DNA from: a virus
Lineage: Duplodnaviria; Heunggongvirae; Uroviricota; Caudoviricetes
Strand: one strand, 5' to 3'
IMG/VR virus record: IMGVR_UViG_2695420412_000003
Location: 1 to 6,631 of that record
DNA: 6,631 nt
Part shown: piece after piece, positions 1 through 5,325 of the stretch
How the letters are laid out: every line of letters starts with the position of its first letter
How positions within the stretch are numbered: the stretch's first letter is position 1
The notes under the pieces: model-generated
Databases searched by the model: none
Told to the model about the DNA's origin: nothing
Seen by the model: the letters and a program-made list of their open reading frames with translations, nothing else
Made by a program: the position numbers and the translations under genes

Positions 1-438
1 ATGCGACTGCCACGGCCCCGTGATTTCTCTGCCTTCGCGGGTTTTGAATGGTTCGCGGCGGCATTCATCCATCCACTCGGTAACGCAGATCGGATGATTA
101 CGGTCCTTGCGGTAAATCCGGCATGTACATGATTCATTGTCCTGCTCAAAGTCCATGCCATCAAACTGCTGGTTTTCATTGATGATACGGGACCAGCCAT
201 CAACGCCCACCACCGGAACGATGCCGTTCTGCTTGTCAGGGAAGGCGTAAATTTCTTTCGTCCACGGATTAAGGCCGTACTGGTTGGCGACGATCAGTAA
301 TGCGATGAACTGCGCATCGCTGGCATCACCTTTAAATGCCGTCTGGCGAAGAGTGGTGATCAGTTCCTGTGGGTCGACAGAATCCATGCCGACACGTTCA
401 GCCAGCTTCCCAGCCAGCGTTGCGAGTGCTGTACTCAT
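1..438 (-). CDS. bet: Recombination protein Bet (Red-beta single-strand annealing protein), N-terminal ~146 codons; gene continues beyond the window's left edge
   Basis: Minus-strand translation from the ATG at 436-438 reads MSTALATLAGKLAERVGMDSVDPQELITTLRQTAFKGDASDAQF...REGREITGPWQSH, matching my recollection of lambda Bet. It is open to position 1. It lies 5 nt downstream of the gam stop, as in lambda. Not in the ORF track because it is truncated by the window edge. Confidence 0.9.
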   Translation of the reverse strand, partial: MSTALATLAGKLAERVGMDSVDPQELITTLRQTAFKGDASDAQFIALLIVANQYGLNPWTKEIYAFPDKQNGIVPVVGVDGWSRIINENQQFDGMDFEQDNESCTCRIYRKDRNHPICVTEWMDECRREPFKTREGREITGPWQSH

Positions 439-443
439 CCGTT

Positions 444-740
444 TTATACCTCTGAATCAATATCAACCTGGTGGTGAGCAATGGTTTCAACCATGTACCG
501 GATGTGTTCTGCCATGCGTTCCTGAAACTCAACATCGTCATCAAACGCACGGGTAATGGCTTTTTTGCTGGCCCCGTGGCGTTGCAAATGATCGATGCAT
601 AGCGATTCAAACAGGTGCTGGGGCAGGCCTTTTTCCATGTCGTCTGCCAGTTCTGCCTCTTTCTCTTCACGGGCGATCTGCTGGTAGTGACGCGCCCAGC
701 TCTGAGCCTCAAGACGATCCTGAATGTAATAAGCGTTCAT
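444..740 (-). CDS. gam: Gam, host RecBCD inhibitor (98-aa short form)
   Basis: The 98-aa product [60 protein letters not shown]... matches lambda GamS from memory. An AGGAG Shine-Dalgarno lies about 8 nt upstream of the ATG at 738-740. Confidence 0.9.
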   Translation of the reverse strand: MNAYYIQDRLEAQSWARHYQQIAREEKEAELADDMEKGLPQHLFESLCIDHLQRHGASKKAITRAFDDDVEFQERMAEHIRYMVETIAHHQVDIDSEV

Positions 741-794
741 GGCTGAACTCCTGAAAATGGCTGTGAAAATATCGCCCGCGAAATGCCAGGCTGA

Positions 795-959
795 TTAGGA
801 AAACAGGAAAGGGGGGTAGTGAATGCTTTTGCTTGATCTCAGTTTCTGTATTAATATCCATTTTTTATAAGCGTCGACGGCCTCACGAAACATCTTTTCA
901 TCGCCAATAAAAGTGGCGATAGTGAATTTAGTCTGGATAGCCATAATTGTTTGATCCAT
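795..959 (-). CDS. kil: Kil-like host cell-division inhibitor (54 aa), using the internal ATG of the 795..1085 ORF
   Basis: The internal ATG at 957-959 is preceded by AGGAG and gives [54 protein letters not shown]. It overlaps the 3' end of cIII by 32 nt in a different frame, the same arrangement as lambda kil/cIII. The sequence identity to lambda Kil is recalled only approximately, and the length (54 aa) differs from my memory of lambda Kil (47 aa). Confidence 0.6.
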   Translation of the reverse strand: MDQTIMAIQTKFTIATFIGDEKMFREAVDAYKKWILIQKLRSSKSIHYPPFLFS

Positions 960-1092
960 TTTTCGGGACTCCTGGCTGATTAAGTATGTCGATAAGGCGT
1001 TTCCATCCGTCACGTAATTTACGGGTAATTCGTTCAAGTAAAGATTCGGAAGGGCAGCCAGCAACAGGCCACCCTGCAATGGCATATTGCAT
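928..1092 (-). CDS. cIII: cIII, FtsH (HflB) protease inhibitor that stabilises cII (54 aa)
   Basis: Hand translation of the minus strand from the ATG at 1090-1092 gives [54 protein letters not shown], then TAA at 928-930. This matches lambda cIII as I recall it. It is absent from the ORF track, presumably because it is short. Confidence 0.85.
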   Translation of the reverse strand: MQYAIAGWPVAGCPSESLLERITRKLRDGWKRLIDILNQPGVPKNGSNNYGYPD

Positions 1093-1158
1093 GGTGTGCT
1101 CCTTATTTATTTACACATAACGAAAACGCCTCTAGTGAAGCGTTATTGGTATGCATAT

Positions 1159-1182
1159 AAAAAAGCCCTCACATTGGAGGGC
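1159..1182 (-). terminator. Intrinsic terminator on the leftward transcript, between the 156-aa orphan gene and cIII
   Basis: Plus strand has gccctc (1165-1170), loop acattg, gagggc (1177-1182), preceded by aaaaaa (1159-1164). On the minus strand this is a 6-bp GC-rich stem followed by a run of six U. Confidence 0.5.
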
Positions 1183-1286
1183 AAAGAAGATTTCCAATAA
1201 TCAGAACAAGTCGGCTCCTGTTTGGTTACGAGCGACATTGCTCCGTGTATTCACTCGTTGGAATGAATACACAGTGCTTATTCGTA

Positions 1287-1757
1287 CTAATAAAACACCC
1301 AGTTTTCTGTTTCTTGGTTGTGTCCAAAGTTATATTCAATATCTGGTATTGATGTATCAATATTCTTCATCCCATCAACAAGAGTTGATACAACAGCCAA
1401 ATCTTGTTTGATTCTCATTAAATGGTATTTCTTCCGGTGCAATAAACTCTCAATGGCAAGTTTCTTCGTTGGGAATGCAAAAGATCTTTCTGCATTTTTT
1501 GCTACTTTCTTAATTGCATATCTATTTCTCCTTTGTTTCCATTCCTGTAACCACTGATTTGGTGCTGGTTTAAAATTAACAATCCAATGCGCAGGAACCA
1601 ACCATGCATAATGCTCTGTCTGATGAAAAGCTATATATTGAAGTGCGAATATTTTTATCCCATCTTCTTCAACTGTCGCCTGGAATCTCCAGAAAACAGG
1701 CATTCCATCATGTTCAGTTTCTGATTCAGGAAAAGGTACGCTCCATGATTTTGTCAT
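1287..1757 (-). CDS. Hypothetical protein, 156 aa, no family recognised; accessory ('moron') candidate in the N-cIII interval
   Basis: Complete ORF with a GAGGTGA Shine-Dalgarno about 5 nt upstream of the ATG at 1755-1757. The region is visibly AT-rich relative to the flanking lambda-like genes. An intrinsic terminator lies downstream. The plus-strand ORFs overlapping it look like antisense artefacts. Confidence 0.7.
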   Translation of the reverse strand: MTKSWSVPFPESETEHDGMPVFWRFQATVEEDGIKIFALQYIAFHQTEHYAWLVPAHWIVNFKPAPNQWLQEWKQRRNRYAIKKVAKNAERSFAFPTKKLAIESLLHRKKYHLMRIKQDLAVVSTLVDGMKNIDTSIPDIEYNFGHNQETENWVFY

Positions 1758-1815
1758 ATCTCACCTCAAATAAGTGGTTTGCTGCCTAATTTCATTTTCT
1801 GGCGACCAACACAAG

Positions 1816-2088
1816 TCACCTCGCCGTCAGTTGTTTTGATTTCCGGTAGCCTGCCGCGTAAAGAGCTACGTTCGGAAGACAAGTTGAACCTTCATATTTT
1901 CTGGTCAACGTTGTCAGAGTTATAACTTCTGCTCTCATTGCTGGTTTGCGCTTGCATTGCAAGACCACTCGTGAAGGGGTTGGCCTGTGTAGCTTGTCGG
2001 AGCTGATCGCCTCCTGACTTTGCAGATTTGCGCGACGAGCTCTACGGCGAGAAGCTGCGGTGCCTTTAAATTCTGTTTTTCTGGACAT
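1816..2088 (-). CDS. N: N-family transcription antiterminator (91 aa from the internal ATG of the 1816..2160 ORF)
   Basis: The ATG at 2086-2088 is preceded by GGGAGGA. The N-terminus MSRKTEFKGTAASRRRARRANLQSQEA carries an arginine-rich motif typical of lambdoid N proteins and resembles the phage 21 class rather than lambda. The gene sits directly downstream of a nutL-like boxA/boxB, in the canonical position. Confidence 0.7.
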   Translation of the reverse strand: MSRKTEFKGTAASRRRARRANLQSQEAISSDKLHRPTPSRVVLQCKRKPAMRAEVITLTTLTRKYEGSTCLPNVALYAAGYRKSKQLTAR

Positions 2089-2186
2089 GGATTCCTCCCG
2101 AATAAACTTTGGCGATGCAATCTCGAAGCTCCTCCTGAGACGGTTGCTTCGGCATTGCATCCCACAGCTTATGTGGTTGGGTGATC

Positions 2187-2231
2187 TGGCTTTTCAGCCA
2201 CGTAGTCGAGAGTCGACGTTGTTTAAAGAGC
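2187..2231 (-). promoter_or_regulatory. nutL-like site: boxA, spacer hairpin, boxB (read on the minus strand)
   Basis: Minus strand reads GCTCTTTAAACAACG (boxA-like; plus 2223-2231), then a spacer with a GTCGA/TCGAC hairpin, then TGGC-TGAAAA-GCCA (boxB-like stem-loop; plus 2187-2200). The same architecture recurs at nutR (4866-4911) with a compensatory change in the boxB stem. Confidence 0.55.
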
Positions 2232-2277
2232 CTGCCAGTCTGTTCCATTTGGCTTCCAGCGTCCTGCTGACGGTTAA

Positions 2278-2320
2278 ATAGTACGATATGTGCTTTACAA
2301 GATCAATACAATTTGTTGTA
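2278..2320 (-). promoter_or_regulatory. Candidate pL promoter with overlapping oL operator(s)
   Basis: Minus strand shows TTGATC (plus 2301-2306) as a -35, a 17-nt spacer, then TACTAT (plus 2278-2283) as a -10. This places the transcription start about 45 nt upstream of boxA. An adjacent inverted repeat TACAA-N4-TTGTA (2307-2320) shares the TTGTA/TACA motif found in the cI-cro intergenic region. Assigned by eye only. Confidence 0.3.
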
Positions 2321-2493
2321 AGTTGGCGTGGTTTTTTATAACGCTTTGTATTTAATAGTGTTGTTTTTTAGCGTGGATGTATTGTCTCGGCGATGTAAGG
2401 AGAGATCAGAATTGCGTGGTTTAGTGGGTTGCATCTATTTATTTTTCAATAAATATAATTGGTTATGTGTTTTTAGGTGGGCGAACGTGAGGC

Positions 2494-2519
2494 AAAGAAA
2501 ACCCGGCGCTGAGGCCGGG
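2494..2519 (-). terminator. Intrinsic terminator ending the cI-to-250-aa-gene leftward operon
   Basis: cccggc (2502-2507), loop gctgag, gccggg (2514-2519); on the minus strand the hairpin is followed by UUUUCUUU (plus 2494-2501). It begins 5 nt after the stop of the 250-aa ORF (2525-2527). Confidence 0.6.
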
Positions 2520-2524
2520 TTGTA

Positions 2525-3277
2525 TTATGCTGCAAGTCTCTTAATCCAAGTCTCTCTTTTGGAGAATGGTAGAACTTGGCTTGATTCATGGAAGAGTAAG
2601 GAGAGTTGTTGCATTTGATCACCAATTGCTTCGCTGTCTATAACAACAAATCTGTTGTTATACTCCTCACTTGAAGCTTTAAGATCAATTAGTTTCCCAA
2701 GCAATGAGTAAGCACTATTCCAGCTTCCTCCGTGTTTCACGCTTGATGTAAAAACGTATTTAGGTATGTCGGTTTTTATTGTTACAGGGACGGTAATTTG
2801 ATGTCCACTCAAGCCATATACGTTTTCACGAAGAGAAAGTGCGTCTCTAAGCTCTGTGTGATATAGATAATCAATAACCATACTTTCAAACTTTTCAGCT
2901 TGAACTGGCTGATACCAGTCTAACGACAAAGTTGATGCGAGTATACCAGCTCTAATTATGTTCGATGTAATCGCACCGACATCCTTTTCTGTTGCCCAAG
3001 CAATGATTTCTCCTCGAGCATTGAGTTCTGCGCCTTCTTTAAGCAGTAATTGTCGTATCTCATCAAGTCGTTTTTTGGTAAGCGAGATCCCTCTTGCCTC
3101 CATATTCATTAAGGCATCGCATCTGTCACTAACTAAATACCTACCATTGACTTCACGGATAAAGGCACCGACATGCTCTCCATCATCACAGTAAGTGAAT
3201 GGACTGATAATTCTCAAGGTCTTGCCTATTGGATGGCATTCGAAACCTAGTTGTGAGATCACTGTTGAGCACATCAT
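2525..3277 (-). CDS. Hypothetical protein, 250 aa, no family recognised; distal gene of the two-gene cassette at the rexAB-equivalent position
   Basis: Complete ORF whose ATG (3275-3277) overlaps the upstream gene's TGA (3274-3276) in an ATGA arrangement, indicating translational coupling. AT-rich. No obvious Walker, nuclease or transmembrane motif seen by eye. Followed immediately by an intrinsic terminator. Confidence 0.75.
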   Translation of the reverse strand: MMCSTVISQLGFECHPIGKTLRIISPFTYCDDGEHVGAFIREVNGRYLVSDRCDALMNMEARGISLTKKRLDEIRQLLLKEGAELNARGEIIAWATEKDVGAITSNIIRAGILASTLSLDWYQPVQAEKFESMVIDYLYHTELRDALSLRENVYGLSGHQITVPVTIKTDIPKYVFTSSVKHGGSWNSAYSLLGKLIDLKASSEEYNNRFVVIDSEAIGDQMQQLSLLFHESSQVLPFSKRETWIKRLAA

Positions 3278-3831
3278 ATTCCAAACCCCATTTGCCCCGA
3301 CTCATCTTCAAGCGGTAAAGGTATTCTCCCAGAGTAAGTTATGTTCAGATGTTTACAGAAGTAATTCCAATACCCTACCAGGTCATCTGGGTTTATGTCA
3401 TCTTCGATTGGAAACGCTATTCTATCACTATAGTATCCAGCTTCTTCATAGTATACATGGTAGTGAGCACCGTAAATGATATCTTGGTACTTCGGATGAT
3501 CGACCTTGTAACTATTCGTGTGTTTGTCAAAGTGATAGGTATCTACCGCGAAAACCCTCTTGTTATGATAGAAAGCAATAATATTTATTTTAGGGTAAGA
3601 AATCGGGTCATCAGGTTCTGAATCCTGATCTGGTTTCCATTTCAGTTCAAACTTTAGCCCTTGTATAGGTATACAATCCTCATCCAAGGGGATGATATGA
3701 GCTTGTAGCCACATATCAGAGCGACTTGGTTTCTGTTTCCATTTAACGCCAGAAAAGTTAACTATTTTTTTACAATAAAGTACTTTATCAACTTCTACTT
3801 GGCTTGGCTGATAATCATCTATTTTTGCCAA
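3274..3831 (-). CDS. Hypothetical acidic Tyr/His/Asp-rich protein, up to 185 aa, no family recognised; proximal gene of the rex-position cassette
   Basis: The ORF opens 39 nt downstream of the cI stop. The first codon in the track is TTG (3829-3831) with a GGGCGG-like Shine-Dalgarno about 8 nt upstream. The first in-frame ATG is at codon 40 and has no Shine-Dalgarno, so the start is uncertain. Coding-like composition continues from 3831. Confidence 0.65.
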   Translation of the reverse strand: MAKIDDYQPSQVEVDKVLYCKKIVNFSGVKWKQKPSRSDMWLQAHIIPLDEDCIPIQGLKFELKWKPDQDSEPDDPISYPKINIIAFYHNKRVFAVDTYHFDKHTNSYKVDHPKYQDIIYGAHYHVYYEEAGYYSDRIAFPIEDDINPDDLVGYWNYFCKHLNITYSGRIPLPLEDESGQMGFGI

Positions 3832-3870
3832 TGTTTACCGCCCTGTAAATTGTAGATAAAAGTGGTTTCA

Positions 3871-4566
3871 TCACCCAAACGTCTCTTCAGGCCATTGGCT
3901 GGCGATAACTTTCCCCACAACGGAACAACTCTCATTGCATGGGATCATTGGGTATTGTGGGTTTAGTGGCTGTAGAAACACCTGACCGCTATCCCTGATC
4001 AGTTTCTTGAAGGTAAATTCATCACCACCAAGTCTGGCTATGCAGAAATCGCCGGGCTCAACAGCTTGCTCAGGGTCAACCAGAATTAACATCCCGTCAG
4101 GAAAGCTGGGTTTGGAACCTGTTGGTGCGGTCATTGAGTTACCTTCAACCTCAAGCCAGAATGCAGAGTCACTGGCTTTTTTGGTTGTGCTTACCAATCT
4201 CTCCGCATCGCCTTTGGTAAAGGTTCTGAGTTCTGGAGAGAACATCCCAGCCTGAACATGAGAAAAAACAGGGTACTCATATTGTTTTTTAACTGGGGCC
4301 GATGAGTATTCGCCAACAGGTGAAAATGTCCCGTCGTGGTTGAATGATATGTTATCAATACCAAGGTATTTAAACACCACACCAATATCACTAAGAGATG
4401 GATGACGAGATCCGCGCAACCAGTGTCCAATCCCACCCTGCGTCATACCTAGCTCTTCGGCTAACTTCTCTTGAGTTATGCCGAGCTCTTTCATTCTGGA
4501 TCTAGCCAGTTCATACCATTTCATTTTCATGTCCTTATTATTACGCTTTGTACTGGAATCATCCAT
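3871..4566 (-). CDS. cI: cI-type prophage repressor: heterologous N-terminal HTH domain fused to a lambda-identical LexA-like S24 autocleavage domain
   Basis: From about [28 protein letters not shown]... to ...[12 protein letters not shown] the C-terminal half matches lambda cI as I recall it, including the GNSM serine motif. The N-terminal part ([52 protein letters not shown]...) is a different HTH domain. The ORF track starts at a TTG (4570-4572); I place the start at the ATG at 4564-4566, which has no Shine-Dalgarno and may be leaderless as in lambda pRM. The start is uncertain by a few codons. Confidence 0.9.
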   Translation of the reverse strand: MDDSSTKRNNKDMKMKWYELARSRMKELGITQEKLAEELGMTQGGIGHWLRGSRHPSLSDIGVVFKYLGIDNISFNHDGTFSPVGEYSSAPVKKQYEYPVFSHVQAGMFSPELRTFTKGDAERLVSTTKKASDSAFWLEVEGNSMTAPTGSKPSFPDGMLILVDPEQAVEPGDFCIARLGGDEFTFKKLIRDSGQVFLQPLNPQYPMIPCNESCSVVGKVIASQWPEETFG

Positions 4567-4639
4567 GCACAATGTGTATTTTTACTTGTATTCGTAAAGT
4601 ACATATTGTATTTTTATTCGTGTTTACTATGGAGGGCAT
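4567..4639. promoter_or_regulatory. oR/pR/pRM divergent control region between cI and cro
   Basis: A 73-bp AT-rich intergenic region lies between divergent repressor genes. It contains the inverted repeat TACTT-N9-AAGTA (4583-4601) and TACA-N3-TGTA (4600-4610), plus repeated TTGTATT motifs. Candidate pR elements are TTTACT (4581-4586) and TATTGT (4604-4609); GGAGGG (4631-4636) is the cro Shine-Dalgarno. Confidence 0.5.
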
Positions 4640-4855
4640 ATGAGCAACCTACGAAAATATCGAGAGTCACTGAATATCTCTCAAACAACACTTGCTAAGG
4701 CAGTTGGATGCACACAGGGAGCTATCGGACATTGGGAATCTGGTCGTCGCTTCCCAGACCTTAAAACATGCCGTGCTCTTGTTGCATGCCTAAACAAGTT
4801 AGGCGCAAAAGTCAGTCTTGATGACGTGTTCCCGCCGGAACACAAAGCCGCTTAA
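4640..4855 (+). CDS. cro: Cro-like HTH repressor (71 aa), not lambda Cro
   Basis: It is the first rightward gene, divergent from cI. It carries an HTH-XRE motif (ISQTTLAKAVGCTQGAIGHWESGRRFP) closely paralleling the cI HTH ([27 protein letters not shown]), consistent with shared operator specificity. A GGAGGG Shine-Dalgarno precedes the ATG. Confidence 0.85.
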   Translation: MSNLRKYRESLNISQTTLAKAVGCTQGAIGHWESGRRFPDLKTCRALVACLNKLGAKVSLDDVFPPEHKAA

Positions 4856-4865
4856 TAAGCGGATC

Positions 4866-4911
4866 CGCTCTTTGTAACAACGGACATTCGTCCTACGTCG
4901 CTGAAAAGCGA
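4866..4911 (+). promoter_or_regulatory. nutR-like site: boxA, spacer hairpin, boxB
   Basis: CGCTCTTTGTAACAACG (boxA-like, from 4866), then a GGAC-ATTC-GTCC hairpin (4882-4893), then TCGC-TGAAAA-GCGA (boxB-like, 4898-4911). It lies between cro and cII, as in lambda. Confidence 0.55.
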
Positions 4912-4978
4912 GTTCCAAGATATCTGACCAACTAAGGCCATATGCGTTTCCACGCATACCTTTCAACTAACTATTCAC

Positions 4979-5019
4979 TATTGGAAATCTTAAGAAATGG
5001 AAAGAACAAGTTACAGCAA
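4979..5019 (-). promoter_or_regulatory. pRE-like cII-activated leftward promoter overlapping the cII start
   Basis: Minus strand reads TTGC-TGTAAC-TTGT (plus 5006-5019), then 13 nt, then TAAGAT, then TTCC. This mirrors the lambda pRE layout as I recall it (TTGC-N6-TTGC, about 12 nt, AAGTAT) and spans the complement of the cII ATG. Confidence 0.5.
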
Positions 5020-5293
5020 ACTATCACAGCGTGACGTTGATCGCGCAGAAACAGATTTACTTATCAATCTGTCAGCTATTACCCAGCGCGGTCTGGCAAA
5101 GATGATTGGCTGTCATGAATCGAAGATAAGCAGAACGGACTGGAGATTTATTGCTTCGGTCTTGTGTGCTTTCGGAATGGCATCAGACATAAGTCCGATT
5201 AGCAGGGCTTTTAAGTATGCGCTTGATGGACTCACCAATAAAAAACGCCCGGCGGCAACCGAGCGTTCTGAACAAATCCAGATGGAATTCTGA
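4997..5293 (+). CDS. cII: cII transcriptional activator (98 aa), chimeric: heterologous N-terminal region with lambda-identical C-terminus
   Basis: The C-terminal LTNKKRPAATERSEQIQMEF matches lambda cII as I recall it; the N-terminal about 75 residues differ. Position between nutR and O is canonical. Confidence 0.85.
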   Translation: MERTSYSKLSQRDVDRAETDLLINLSAITQRGLAKMIGCHESKISRTDWRFIASVLCAFGMASDISPISRAFKYALDGLTNKKRPAATERSEQIQMEF

Positions 5294-5314
5294 GGTCATT
5301 ACTGGATCAATCCA
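5238..5314 (-). ncRNA. oop: OOP antisense RNA (antisense to the 3' end of cII), with its intrinsic terminator
   Basis: Minus strand of 5238-5314 reads ...GAUUGAUCCAGUAAUGACCUCAGAAUUCCAUCUGGAUUUGUUCAGAACGCUCGGUUGCCGCCGGGCGUUUUUUAUU, matching lambda OOP RNA from memory, including the GC hairpin and U-tract (plus 5241-5262). Ends are approximate. Confidence 0.7.
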
Positions 5315-5325
5315 CAGGAGTCATT

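Noticed and set aside
284-712. Plus-strand ORF 284..556 and minus-strand ORF 398..712
   Set aside because: They overlap the bet and gam coding sequences in other frames. The bet and gam frames give recognisable lambda-like proteins, so these are frame artefacts.
960-1085. N-terminal 42 codons of the 96-aa ORF 795..1085
   Set aside because: This stretch overlaps cIII in another frame. The real gene (kil-like) starts at the internal ATG at 957-959, which has an AGGAG Shine-Dalgarno.
1151-1789. Plus-strand ORFs 1151..1411, 1318..1557 and 1604..1789
   Set aside because: They are antisense to the well-supported minus-strand 156-aa gene, lack a Shine-Dalgarno, and have low-complexity AT-rich translations.
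1935-2281. ORFs 1935..2165 (minus), 2060..2281 (plus), 2066..2248 (minus), and the 24-codon upstream extension of the N ORF (2089..2160)
   Set aside because: They overlap the N gene or the nutL/leader region. The N start at 2088 has a strong Shine-Dalgarno, and the extension would run through boxB.
2328-2618. Plus-strand 96-aa ORF
   Set aside because: It runs through the intrinsic terminator hairpin and into the antisense of the 250-aa gene, with no convincing start context. Likely non-coding.
2958-3621. Plus-strand ORFs 2958..3194, 3195..3479 and 3349..3621
   Set aside because: They are antisense to the two coupled minus-strand genes, with low-complexity translations.
2525-3831. Calling the two rex-slot genes rexA/rexB
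   Set aside because: Sizes (185 and 250 aa versus roughly 279 and 144 aa in lambda), order and composition do not fit, and neither looks like the multi-pass membrane protein RexB. Only the position is shared.
4007-4698. ORFs 4007..4255 (plus), 4191..4436 (minus) and 4471..4698 (plus)
   Set aside because: They are alternative frames or antisense within cI, or span the operator region into cro. cI and cro explain the sequence.
4941-4970. Hairpin tatgcg-tttcca-cgcata downstream of nutR as an intrinsic tR1 terminator
   Set aside because: There is no convincing U-tract after the stem. Lambda tR1 is mainly Rho-dependent, so a terminator cannot be called from sequence alone.
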